DNA of 36,595 bases, from IMG/VR virus record IMGVR_UViG_3300020598_000096, positions 1-36,595 of that record. One strand, 5' to 3'. The notes under the pieces are model-generated. The model was not told where the DNA came from. It did not search any database and saw nothing but the letters and a program-made list of their open reading frames with translations. Source of the DNA: a virus. Its lineage: Duplodnaviria; Caudoviricetes. Below are positions 27,364 to 36,220 of the stretch, piece after piece; the stretch's first letter is position 1; every line of letters begins with the position of its first letter. A program made the position numbers and the translations under genes.

Positions 27364-27906
27364 ATGTCTGAGTTTCAAATCACGACAACGCTCATCTCTG
27401 ACAACTTGGCTATCGGCTGGCAGACAGCCCTCGGCCTCACCATCGAACTCGCACCCATCGACGAAAGCGCTCACATCGTGCGCTCATGGAACGGCCGCGC
27501 TCGCAACCTCGCAGCACCCGAATTCCAATTGTTCGCATGCACGATTTCTTCGTCGGACGACATGCGGCCGCCTGCGCTATCAGACATGTGGCCGGGCAAG
27601 ACTTTCACCATGGTGCCGCCAGCAGAACTGTCGGACGTCATCCAGCCGGGAGCTTCCTCACGCACGCTTATACGGACACCGCATCCAGGTTCGGTTCGTT
27701 GCCTCACACGGAATTTTGCTGACGTCGCATTCACGGTGGCTGGTAAAACGGTAACTCTGGCGTCTCCAGCAACCGAGCCAGTGCGGATTTTCTATAGGCC
27801 AGTCCTGAAGCTGTTCATCACCGAGCCTTGGACGTCGAGCACGCATGAGCAGAATGCTCAGGTTTCATGGACCCTCGTTGCTGAGGAAGAGGGAGGCGAC
27901 GTCTAA
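27364..27906 (+). CDS. Distal tail protein (putative)
   Basis: Follows the tape measure gene; GGAGGAG RBS; beta-rich. Confidence 0.65.
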   Translation: MSEFQITTTLISDNLAIGWQTALGLTIELAPIDESAHIVRSWNGRARNLAAPEFQLFACTISSSDDMRPPALSDMWPGKTFTMVPPAELSDVIQPGASSRTLIRTPHPGSVRCLTRNFADVAFTVAGKTVTLASPATEPVRIFYRPVLKLFITEPWTSSTHEQNAQVSWTLVAEEEGGDV

Positions 27907-29741
27907 TGCTTTATCTCTCTTGGGTTCCAGTATGGAACACACCTTTCGATCCTGACGCCCACGCTCGCGAAGACGAATTCTGCATCCGTGGCAGCATTTA
28001 CGAGCAAGAAGAGGGCGATATCATTGTTTCCGGCTTCGAAGTCGAGATTCCGAACCCCGGATTAGGCCTTTTGAGCGTAGGTCGAGCGGAAAGGTATGCT
28101 GTCCTATCAGAGAGGCTGGCTTCCGATAACATCGCTGTCGAACTCGCTCGCGGACGTGTAATTGCAGTGCCATCAGAGCTGGGCCAACAAACTTTGGTCT
28201 TACGATTTCAGTGTGTGCCGCCAGACGAGGACGAGGTGCTGAAGGCGGCAGCTGACGCCCTGCGTACGGGGGAGGTCGATGACTATGACCCCAACGGTTC
28301 TGCAGAAGATCGAGACGCAGCTGAAAGCTATGACGCCCTTTTTCATAGCCGCGACGCCAGCGATGATCCGATGTCAGCACTGGCTGGACGTCTAGAACTC
28401 TGGAGATGGAACAGGAAGACGCTGGCTATCGAACGGACGTCTATGATCCACGGCGACGCGGTTCACGATGTCCATCACAACGGCTTCGAAGACACGCTTT
28501 CGGTATCTCTTCGGAATCCTCCTCGGAAAACGACGCGCATGCGTGTTGTGGCGTCGTGGACTCAGGAGGCGAAGGGCGTCCAGACGTATCCTGCCGTTGA
28601 TCACAACGTCCAGACTTTTAGCTGGCAGGATCTTATCCAGAGCCTTCCGCAGCCTGGTACTCCCGTGGGAGAAAACACGGGCTGGCATGTAGCTGAAGCT
28701 GGAATCACGAATTTCACACCTGGGGAATTTCTCGATACCTTCGACGTCGACCCAGCGAAATATGCGCTGAACGATGACAAAGTCGCGACTTGTCAGCTTC
28801 TTTTGCAGCCTGCTCGCGTGGGGGTGCAGATCAGGTTGGGCTACGATTTCGAACAGCAGCGCGAGGAACACCTTACGATCCATATGCCAGTCGCCCAGCA
28901 AGATGTGTTGGGCGACGACAAGGTCGAAACAGTTGACGTCATCCATCTCGCGCCACTGAATATCGACCCGGCGACCCGCATTTGGGACATGTTCGATCCG
29001 GTAACGGGGGATATGGCTTCATACGAAGTTGGCGATGAGCGGATTTACAACGGCAAAAAATACCGCTGCGTGGTCGCTCACACGGCGATGCCTTTCATAC
29101 CTGCTTTCTGGCAGCAAGTGCCTCGTAAAGCCGCAATCGATCCGGCTGCAGCAAGATATTTCGACACAGACCGAGGCATCCGAAGCACCAGGTACGCAAT
29201 TAGGATGCTGCAGCGTCGGGTCTATGTCCGCGCTCGTTGTCTAGAAATCAGCTTTCAATGCGACTGGCAGACCGCTCGCGAGATGTCGTGCCGGGATGCA
29301 TGCCGTATAGAGAACAGGAAGTTGGGTGAAGTGACAGCCAAGATTTCGTCCATCAAATTGGTTGCGGATGGCGCGAAAAGGTTCGCTGAGATCACGCTTC
29401 TTGCTTGTCTCGGTGACAGTTCCGAGCCACCAGTCGCTGACAACGGCACCGAGGAAATGACGTCGGACGTCGTTTACACCATGACGTCGACGTCACCATC
29501 GACGCCCACTGTGGCAAGTCAGCTCGCTACCAGAGCGCACTGGGTAGACGTTTTCAACGATTATTCAGATCAATGGATGGCAGCGGCGGGTGAGCCTGAT
29601 CCCGTTGAGATCATCGAAAATATGCCGACCAGAGTGGAGATTTACGTCAATTCCATTCGGGAAGAAGACCTTCTGACGCGACAACTGACGGCGACTTGTG
29701 AACCGATTTGGCTTCCCCGAAATGCACTTATCGGAAGCTAG
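27906..29741 (+). CDS. Tail tip / hub protein with an internal CBM5/12-like module
   Basis: 611 aa; SYEVGDERIYNGKKYRCVVAHT...PAFWQQV resembles chitin-binding type 3 modules. Confidence 0.65.
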   Translation: MLYLSWVPVWNTPFDPDAHAREDEFCIRGSIYEQEEGDIIVSGFEVEIPNPGLGLLSVGRAERYAVLSERLASDNIAVELARGRVIAVPSELGQQTLVLRFQCVPPDEDEVLKAAADALRTGEVDDYDPNGSAEDRDAAESYDALFHSRDASDDPMSALAGRLELWRWNRKTLAIERTSMIHGDAVHDVHHNGFEDTLSVSLRNPPRKTTRMRVVASWTQEAKGVQTYPAVDHNVQTFSWQDLIQSLPQPGTPVGENTGWHVAEAGITNFTPGEFLDTFDVDPAKYALNDDKVATCQLLLQPARVGVQIRLGYDFEQQREEHLTIHMPVAQQDVLGDDKVETVDVIHLAPLNIDPATRIWDMFDPVTGDMASYEVGDERIYNGKKYRCVVAHTAMPFIPAFWQQVPRKAAIDPAAARYFDTDRGIRSTRYAIRMLQRRVYVRARCLEISFQCDWQTAREMSCRDACRIENRKLGEVTAKISSIKLVADGAKRFAEITLLACLGDSSEPPVADNGTEEMTSDVVYTMTSTSPSTPTVASQLATRAHWVDVFNDYSDQWMAAAGEPDPVEIIENMPTRVEIYVNSIREEDLLTRQLTATCEPIWLPRNALIGS

Positions 29742-29758
29742 AAAGCATGAGGTGATAT

Positions 29759-29986
29759 ATGGAAAGAGAAAATTCTAGCGAGATTTTGGCCGTTCTGCAG
29801 GCCGTCAAATCCCAGGCGCAGGAGCAAGCACGCAAAGATCGGATGTCGCAGCCTAATACGTCGTCAGTCCGCGATGCCTCGGCGCGACGTCGCGATAGCG
29901 CATCGACTGTATTGATGATGGGGTCGGTGCAGCGTTGCGACGTCAGTTCCGCAATTGTAGCCACGAATGTCGTTCGCTCGGCTTGA
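29759..29986 (+). CDS. Hypothetical protein
   Basis: 75 aa; GAGGTG RBS; continues the tail operon. Confidence 0.55.
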   Translation: MERENSSEILAVLQAVKSQAQEQARKDRMSQPNTSSVRDASARRRDSASTVLMMGSVQRCDVSSAIVATNVVRSA

Positions 29987-30055
29987 TTTAGGTGGAATCT
30001 TGCACTGGCTACCGGGATCGTGAAGACAACGAAATTTCTTCACGAGACCATTTTC

Positions 30056-30307
30056 ATGACGTCAGATTTTCCCTCGAAAGAGCTATTAGAAGTGATCCGT
30101 TCGCAAGCCCGGATGGAAGAGAAGCTGGATGCATTCCTTAGGAATTCGGCTTCGATGCAGTCCAAGCTATCGGCGATTGAAAAGGACGTCGCCGAGCTGA
30201 AAGCCAAGAGGCGTGAAGATCGCGCCTACATCGCCGCTCTGTCGGCGGTTTTCTCACTGGTTTTTGCATTCTTTTCGCCGATCCTGAGAAAATTCTTGGG
30301 TTTTTAA
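30056..30307 (+). CDS. Small coiled-coil protein with C-terminal transmembrane helix (XhlA/holin-like)
   Basis: ARMEEKLD...LSAIEKDVAEL, then YIAALSAVFSLVFAFF; alternative GTG start at 30020. Confidence 0.65.
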   Translation: MTSDFPSKELLEVIRSQARMEEKLDAFLRNSASMQSKLSAIEKDVAELKAKRREDRAYIAALSAVFSLVFAFFSPILRKFLGF

Positions 30308-30450
30308 ACGCGTGTTTTAGTCAGGCGGGACGTATCCTTGTCAACTTTCTATCTTATAACTATTTGAATTTATTATAGGAATCACTTGTTTGCGGTTGCC
30401 TGCCCGCTGATAGTGATCTTGTCAGTCTAGAAAAAGGAAAGGATGACAAG

Positions 30451-32229
30451 ATGACTATAAGTAAAAACCTCAAAGAGCATATCGAAAGAGAACTCCGGAG
30501 CCAGATCGACTTAGAAGAATATATCGACCATCTGACCACTGTCGAAGCGATGGCCATCGCTCTTTTTGCAGCTGGCAATTCTATCCGAAAAACTGCTGAA
30601 GCCCTTGGAATCACATACTACGCCGCTCGCAAAATCTGGCTGTCGATCAGAGGGCCAGACGACCCCAACTCCGCTGCTAAAGCTGTCGAAAAGCTCTGGC
30701 CTGCGTCCGAGCCAGAAGCCGCCAACGATGACCACGACATTACTCCAAAGCGGAAAGCACCGCGGATCTCTGAGATTCCCACTATCGAAGCTGGTCTGGA
30801 GCGCGGCGTCGTTCATCGCTTTCTGATCTCGTCAGCTCAGGACGACACGCCCGTGCACGCCGACCTCTTGGAAAACATGGAGGCGTACGCCGCTTACATC
30901 GGTGCTCACATCATCATCGGCGGCCACACATATCAGCTCGGGCTTTTCGATGATCATGCTGCCGACGCCAACATTTATGATGAGCGTATCGTGCCATACC
31001 TCTGTCACGAGCGGGTCGAGCTAACGTCTGACCTGCTCTACATCGGCAGCGCAAACATTCTCCCGACGACTGCCAATCCCCTCAACGGATGGGCTACCCA
31101 GAACCGTGGCAATCACGTCATTATCCCGCATTCGCGCATAGCGCTTCAGTCGATACCAAGGCTGCAGGGTCAGGACCCGAGATTTGCGGTGTCGACTGGC
31201 ACCGTAACCATCCCAAATTACACGGCACGCGCGGCTGGGCAGAAATCGATTTTTCACCACACATATGGCTTCTTGGTTGTCGAAATCGACACCGACGGTG
31301 AGGTCTTCCTCCGCCCAGTTTCAGCGTCTGACGACGGCAGTTTTCAGGATTTGAACACCGTTGTGATGGACGGCATTTGCCATAGCGATCAGCGCGTTCG
31401 CGCCATCAGTTGGGGCGACATCCACCATGAACAGCTCGACGCCACTATCGCTGCCGCAAGCTTTGGATACGACCGTGAGACGAAGTTGAGGCTGGACAAC
31501 ATCAACATTCTCGACGGCCTGCAGCCGGAGGTCCAGTTCTTTCACGACACGCTTGATTTCCGACGTCGCAACCACCACAATTTGGCAGACCCGCATGTGA
31601 TGGCGTCGGTGAATGCTACGAGTTCCGCAAACGTCGAATCCGAGGTGCAGGAAGCTACGGATTTCATCAGCGCATGCACCCGTGAGTGGTGTACGACCGT
31701 TGTCGTTGAGTCCAATCACGACAATGCTTTGGCGAAATGGCTCAAGAACGCTGATGGAGCTGCGGACGTCGAAAACGCCTACTACTGGCATGAACTCAAC
31801 GCGAGTTGGCACATGTCGATCCGTAGTGGAAACAGCAGTTTCAACATTGTGGAGTGGGCGATGAGACGCGCGGACCTGCCAGATAGCGTCGAGTTTGTCG
31901 GAGCGGGCGAGGGGTATCAAGTCGATGGCGTCGAATGCGGCCTACATGGCGATCTCGGGATCTCTGGAAGCCGTGGCTCTCCGACCCAGTTCAAACGGTT
32001 CGGCGTCAAGACGTCTACTGGCCACACTCATACGCCGTCGATCTCAGAAGGTGCGTATGTAGCGGGCGTCTCAGCGAAACTGGATCAGGGCTACAACAAA
32101 GGTCCTACGACATGGGCGCACGCGCACATCGTCCAGTATCACAATGGAAAGAGGACCATCCTCCTGATGTCTTCGGACGGGCGCTGCCAGGCGATGGGAG
32201 ATCGTGTTGCCTTGGAAATGGCTGCCTAA
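30451..32229 (+). CDS. T5 A1-like metallophosphoesterase-fold nuclease with N-terminal HTH
   Basis: Colinear motifs recalled from T5 A1: RFLISSAQ, NILPT, STGTVT..NY...AGQK, WGDIH, DF..RNHH, VESNHD, ECGLHG..G..GSRG, TGHTHT, AGVS..LD.GYN; N-terminal SIRKTAEALGIT. Confidence 0.8.
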   Translation: MTISKNLKEHIERELRSQIDLEEYIDHLTTVEAMAIALFAAGNSIRKTAEALGITYYAARKIWLSIRGPDDPNSAAKAVEKLWPASEPEAANDDHDITPKRKAPRISEIPTIEAGLERGVVHRFLISSAQDDTPVHADLLENMEAYAAYIGAHIIIGGHTYQLGLFDDHAADANIYDERIVPYLCHERVELTSDLLYIGSANILPTTANPLNGWATQNRGNHVIIPHSRIALQSIPRLQGQDPRFAVSTGTVTIPNYTARAAGQKSIFHHTYGFLVVEIDTDGEVFLRPVSASDDGSFQDLNTVVMDGICHSDQRVRAISWGDIHHEQLDATIAAASFGYDRETKLRLDNINILDGLQPEVQFFHDTLDFRRRNHHNLADPHVMASVNATSSANVESEVQEATDFISACTREWCTTVVVESNHDNALAKWLKNADGAADVENAYYWHELNASWHMSIRSGNSSFNIVEWAMRRADLPDSVEFVGAGEGYQVDGVECGLHGDLGISGSRGSPTQFKRFGVKTSTGHTHTPSISEGAYVAGVSAKLDQGYNKGPTTWAHAHIVQYHNGKRTILLMSSDGRCQAMGDRVALEMAA

Positions 32230-32254
32230 TCAATAAAAAAGAGGAGGAATAATC

Positions 32255-32764
32255 ATGAAATACCAGCCGCTACCATCCGCTACGAACGCCGAAACCGATG
32301 TCGTATTTACACCTGAAGCATGGGCAAAAACGATTGTTCGACTACTGCCGTTATACGGCCGCGTGCTCGACCCGTGCCGAGGTCAGGGAGCCTTCTATAA
32401 CCTCTTCCCAGACGACTGTGAGAAGCTCTGGTGCGAGATCTCTGAAGGAAAGGACTTTTTCGAATTCAACGCGAAAGTTGACTGGATCGTGTCGAATCCG
32501 CCGTGGTCGAAGATCAAAGAATTCCTAGGTCACTCGTTCAAAATCGCCGACAACGTCGTTTTCCTTATCACGACGAACCACGCTTACACGAAGGCTCGGG
32601 TGCGTTTAGCTCAAGAAGCGGGCTTCAAAATGCGGGGAATTCTGCATCTTCCTACCCCTCCCAAGCCGTGGCCTCAGAGCGGCTTTCAGCTCTCCGCGAT
32701 CTGGTGGCAGAGAGGGTATCTTGGTCAGCCGGAAGTGCTGCACGCAGTGGACCAGCTAGCTTAA
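32255..32764 (+). CDS. Minimal amino-DNA methyltransferase (m6A/m4C, gamma-like motif order)
   Basis: DVVFTP (motif X), VLDPCRGQGAF (motif I), IVSNPPW (motif IV); 169 aa; GAGGAGG RBS. Confidence 0.85.
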   Translation: MKYQPLPSATNAETDVVFTPEAWAKTIVRLLPLYGRVLDPCRGQGAFYNLFPDDCEKLWCEISEGKDFFEFNAKVDWIVSNPPWSKIKEFLGHSFKIADNVVFLITTNHAYTKARVRLAQEAGFKMRGILHLPTPPKPWPQSGFQLSAIWWQRGYLGQPEVLHAVDQLA

Positions 32765-33210
32765 TTCCTGATGCAGACGTCAGATGCCGAGACACGGTCG
32801 AAGAGGTCGTCTTCTCGGTCAACGTAAGGGCTTTCCCAGACATGATCTCTGAAAATCAACTGGGAGGGATCAGGAGTATACGCAACGTAGAATTCGTGAT
32901 CCCTCAGCCGTTCTGCGTTTTGCGTGCCAGCTCGATAGAACCACACCTCGGCCTGTGCAGAGCCGTTTTCTGAGACTGCTTCTTGCAACAGGTATTTCGC
33001 TGCCGAGGCGAATTGTTCGACGTCGCTGAAGTCAGATATCGCTCTGATCTCGGTGAGATAGACCCTATCAACATTGTGGTCATCATCGAGCTTGATCTGC
33101 TCGGACGTCTGGACGTCAACAATGATGCAGTTGGCTTCGTCGGCAAATCCGACGTCCGCATAACCAAACGTGATGAATGCGCATAGCGCAGCGCAAGTCA
33201 GCTTTTTCAT
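32761..33210 (-). CDS. Exported acidic hypothetical protein (moron)
   Basis: Signal peptide MKKLTCAALCAFITFGYADVGFA; Cys near each end of the mature chain; GGGGG RBS. Confidence 0.75.
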   Translation of the reverse strand: MKKLTCAALCAFITFGYADVGFADEANCIIVDVQTSEQIKLDDDHNVDRVYLTEIRAISDFSDVEQFASAAKYLLQEAVSENGSAQAEVWFYRAGTQNAERLRDHEFYVAYTPDPSQLIFRDHVWESPYVDREDDLFDRVSASDVCIRN

Positions 33211-33277
33211 AGTCCGCCCCCCGGCTTAGTTACCCTCGAACAGTGCAGACTAAGCCGTTGAAGCTTGCAAGTTAATA

Positions 33278-33292
33278 GAACAAAATAAGAAC
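33278..33292 (+). promoter_or_regulatory. Alphaproteobacterial LexA (SOS) box at the lysis cassette promoter
   Basis: Perfect GAAC-AAAATAA-GAAC, downstream of TTGCAA (33265-33270) and 20 nt before the endolysin ATG. Confidence 0.8.
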
Positions 33293-33312
33293 ATTGGTTC
33301 AGAGTTCATTTA

Positions 33313-33744
33313 ATGCGCAAGATTCATACACTCGTAGTCCATTGCACAGCGACGCCCGAGGGCCGTGACGTCACTGTTGATACAATCCGCACTTGGCACG
33401 TCCGCGACAACGGCTGGCGGGACATCGGTTATCACTATGTCATCTACCGGGACGGCTCGATCCACACTGGACGTCCAGTCAGCCAAATTGGCTCTCATGT
33501 CGCTGGCAAGAATACAGGGTCGATTGGCATCACGTATGTTGGCGGCGTCGACCGCGACATGAAGCCCAAGGACACCCGGACGCCCGAACAGAAAGTGGCT
33601 CTCCGCAAGTTACTGGCTGACCTGTCGCAACAGTTTCCAATCACCCAGATCGTTGGCCACAACGACTTCGACAAGCGCAAGGCGTGTCCGTCATTCGATG
33701 CGAAATCCGAGTATGCGGACATCTTGAAGGAAGGGTCACGATAA
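33313..33744 (+). CDS. Endolysin, N-acetylmuramoyl-L-alanine amidase (T7 lysozyme-like)
   Basis: VVHCTAT, GWRDIGYHYVI, GSHVAG, VGHND, KACPSF. Confidence 0.95.
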   Translation: MRKIHTLVVHCTATPEGRDVTVDTIRTWHVRDNGWRDIGYHYVIYRDGSIHTGRPVSQIGSHVAGKNTGSIGITYVGGVDRDMKPKDTRTPEQKVALRKLLADLSQQFPITQIVGHNDFDKRKACPSFDAKSEYADILKEGSR

Positions 33745-34001
33745 TGGCTCGCCCGACATACCCCTCTTCATATCGCTGTTTTTCATATCGAGTTCTCATC
33801 GACGACCTATCTGAATCGCTTGAGAAACACATCAAAGCCAACAACCTGACCGCTGCGCAAATCAGCAAATACTACCCATCGGTGCGCGACGCCCACATCC
33901 GCAAAATCCGCTGCGGGAACGGCCACGAACTCGGCATCAAAATGCTTTTCTCGATTGCTGAAGCCAGCGGTCTCAAGGCTAAGGTGGAGTTCGCGGCATG
34001 A
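33744..34001 (+). CDS. Small XRE-like HTH protein inside the lysis cassette
   Basis: TAATG overlap with endolysin and ATGA overlap with holin; NNLTAAQIS...HIRKIRCG...LGIKMLFSIAEASG. Confidence 0.65.
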   Translation: MARPTYPSSYRCFSYRVLIDDLSESLEKHIKANNLTAAQISKYYPSVRDAHIRKIRCGNGHELGIKMLFSIAEASGLKAKVEFAA

Positions 34002-34294
34002 GCAATCAGCAACAGGAAATCACCCGAAAATTCTCGAAGACGATCACCCTGAACTCACTAAAAACCTTCTTCGCTGCAGCGTTCCTTGGCTTACTGTGGG
34101 ATGGCGAACACACCGCCGAAATCCTGCAGGCGCTGGGCACATGGGTTGTCGCCATGCTCGCCATCTACATGAGCATCGGCTACCTCGATTTCAGAACCGC
34201 GAAGGGAATGCCAGGGTTCATCGACAACCTCCTGGGCCTTGTTTTCACTGGCCGACGTCGCAATAGGAAGACCGAAGGGGAGGGGGAGGAGTGA
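33998..34294 (+). CDS. Holin (putative)
   Basis: Two hydrophobic segments and a charged C-terminus; between endolysin and spanins. Confidence 0.7.
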   Translation: MSNQQQEITRKFSKTITLNSLKTFFAAAFLGLLWDGEHTAEILQALGTWVVAMLAIYMSIGYLDFRTAKGMPGFIDNLLGLVFTGRRRNRKTEGEGEE

Positions 34295-34668
34295 TGTCCA
34301 TTTTCTCAAATTTTCGCCTCCTGATCACTATCACAGCGGGCGTCGCTTTAGCTTCTGGCTGGCTCTATATCGGTATCTTGAAGTCTCAGTTGGAGACGAA
34401 GGACGTCGAGCTAGCGAACACCAGGGCAGCTCTCCAGTCAGCCATCGCGACCGCGAATTCTAACGCCGATGCCCTTCGGGAGGTCGACGCCGAACACAAG
34501 CGGACGCTCATGTTGCTGAACAAAGTGACGTCCGATTTGCAGAAGGCGAGCACCCAGAATCGTAAACTCGAACGAGAGATCACATCAGGTGACGTCGGGG
34601 CAGATGGCGACGTCGCGCCAGTGCTCGAAAATCTGCGCATGCGCAAATTCTCGGGAGGCGTCAGATGA
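34294..34668 (+). CDS. Inner-membrane spanin (Rz-like)
   Basis: N-terminal transmembrane helix, coiled coil, DGDVAPVL tail. Confidence 0.8.
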   Translation: MSIFSNFRLLITITAGVALASGWLYIGILKSQLETKDVELANTRAALQSAIATANSNADALREVDAEHKRTLMLLNKVTSDLQKASTQNRKLEREITSGDVGADGDVAPVLENLRMRKFSGGVR

Positions 34669-34928
34669 TCAGGCTGGTCGGTACCATGGTCGCATGCCTC
34701 CTGCTGTCTGGATGCCTGGTGAAGCGGGACCCTGACGTCATAACCAAGGTTGAGACACGACAGCTGCAGATACCGGAGCAGCTTCTGACATGCATGCCTG
34801 AGCCAGAAGCGCGGGAAGTCTGGAAAACGCAGAAGGACGTCGCGCTTTATCTGGTGCGGATTTCTGAGGCGGGGGATGATTGCAGGCAGAAGCTGGATGG
34901 AGTTCGGCGTCTGGTGGGTGGGCAATAA
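34665..34928 (+). CDS. Outer-membrane spanin lipoprotein (Rz1-like)
   Basis: Lipobox LLSGC; IPEQLLTCMPEP and DCRQKL. Confidence 0.85.
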   Translation: MIRLVGTMVACLLLSGCLVKRDPDVITKVETRQLQIPEQLLTCMPEPEAREVWKTQKDVALYLVRISEAGDDCRQKLDGVRRLVGGQ

Positions 34929-34977
34929 AAAGGAGCGGAATAACCGTATTCGGTCGTTGCCATACTTTTAAAGTCGC

Positions 34978-35010
34978 AAAAAAGGCCTCGGTTCTCCGGA
35001 GGCCTTTTTT
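34978..35010. terminator. Bidirectional intrinsic terminator
   Basis: AAAAAAGGCCTC...GAGGCCTTTTTT between convergent genes. Confidence 0.9.
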
Positions 35011-35070
35011 CTGATTTAATTTCAATGGATTGGGCTACGTCATTCTGAGTAGCTCTAGCTTATTTTTTCG

Positions 35071-35499
35071 TCACGCTGCTTCCGCAACTGAAAAATGCCC
35101 AAGGTGGTGCTTTACGGCTTTCCGATACTGCTCTTCTGAGAGAGTGACATAAATTTCTCCGCGCTTGCTATCACCGGGATACATTGATGTCCGTTCCACA
35201 CTCATGACTCTCCAGCCCTCTTTGTAGCGCTTCATCGTCATCTTGGTCGTTGCGACGCCATAGCTATAACCCTTGTCCGGTGCGAAACCGTAGAAAGTAG
35301 CTGTAGCACCTGGTCGAAATGTTGAGGCGATTCCTGCCTTCACAAGCTGCTGCTCGGCGTCCTTGGCAAAACCTACGGCTTCGCTGGCTGTCAAGATGAA
35401 ACGGCTTGCGCGACCGTTCACAGCGTCCAGAGCTTCTTCGAGCTTTTCAGTTTCGCTAATCTTGATACCAAATTTAGAAATTTCATAAGACATTTTCAT
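35071..35499 (-). CDS. Hypothetical protein
   Basis: 142 aa ORF with GAAGGA RBS, ending near the bidirectional terminator. Confidence 0.75.
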   Translation of the reverse strand: MKMSYEISKFGIKISETEKLEEALDAVNGRASRFILTASEAVGFAKDAEQQLVKAGIASTFRPGATATFYGFAPDKGYSYGVATTKMTMKRYKEGWRVMSVERTSMYPGDSKRGEIYVTLSEEQYRKAVKHHLGHFSVAEAA

Positions 35500-35717
35500 T
35501 TTCCTTCATAGACGGGGATTGAGTGAGGGTTTGTTTGTCCGTCTATATATAGGATTGTCTGAATATACCGTCGGCGCAATAACTATTTTTGCTGATTAGC
35601 ATAAAGAGTGGACGGATGTAGACTGTATGAATGCTATTTATTTGGAAAAATGTTGGAGATACAAAGGAAGTTTATCTGTCAACGGCCGACAGAATCTAAA
35701 TCTGCCGACGGAAAAGC

Positions 35718-35739
35718 AAAAGGCCCCGTAACCGAGGCC
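35718..35739 (-). terminator. Probable terminator after the 35768 gene
   Basis: Minus strand reads GGCCTCGGTTACGGGGCCTTTT. Confidence 0.6.
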
Positions 35740-35767
35740 CTCGACAGCGCATTCCCATCTGCAGATT

Positions 35768-36064
35768 TCATGGGAAATCAAAATCAGGCGCGTAAGAATG
35801 GATGTACTCGTCCAGTTGCTCAAGTGCTCGCTCAGGGTTTCGTAAGTGGCTGTAGAAAGCCTGCGCATCGTCGCCGCGACGGGCTATATCGATGCATTCA
35901 GGACCATCCATCTTGTCACTGCGAAATCGCATTCTGATGCGATCACCATCTTCGAAGATGATGTACTTCGTGCAGCCCAGTTCTCGGCGTCCGTTCTCAT
36001 TCAGGATCACTGCAGCGCGGTTGTTGTCGATGTCGTGAACGGTGTTCTCAATCAAATTTGGCAT
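35768..36064 (-). CDS. Hypothetical acidic protein
   Basis: GGAAGGA RBS before ATG 36064; followed by a terminator. Confidence 0.65.
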   Translation of the reverse strand: MPNLIENTVHDIDNNRAAVILNENGRRELGCTKYIIFEDGDRIRMRFRSDKMDGPECIDIARRGDDAQAFYSHLRNPERALEQLDEYIHSYAPDFDFP

Positions 36065-36220
36065 TTTTATTCCTTCCATTTTTTTGCGTGCTATTCATTA
36101 GCCTCTGATATCATTATATTATTTCATGTTTCTGGGCGCAAATTGGCTACCTAAATGTGTTGACCAGCATCGGTTAGGTCTGGAATCCCGACCGCGCCGA
36201 CGGCCGAAATCGGCGCTCAG

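Noticed and set aside
12110-29741. Gene transfer agent or tailocin
   Set aside because: Cos-type gpA terminase, full head module, long tape measure and its own replicon fit a phage better than RcGTA-like or headless clusters.
35508-35546. ATAGACGG/CCGTCTAT inverted repeat upstream of the 35499 gene
   Set aside because: An 8-bp stem with a long loop; too little to assign a function.
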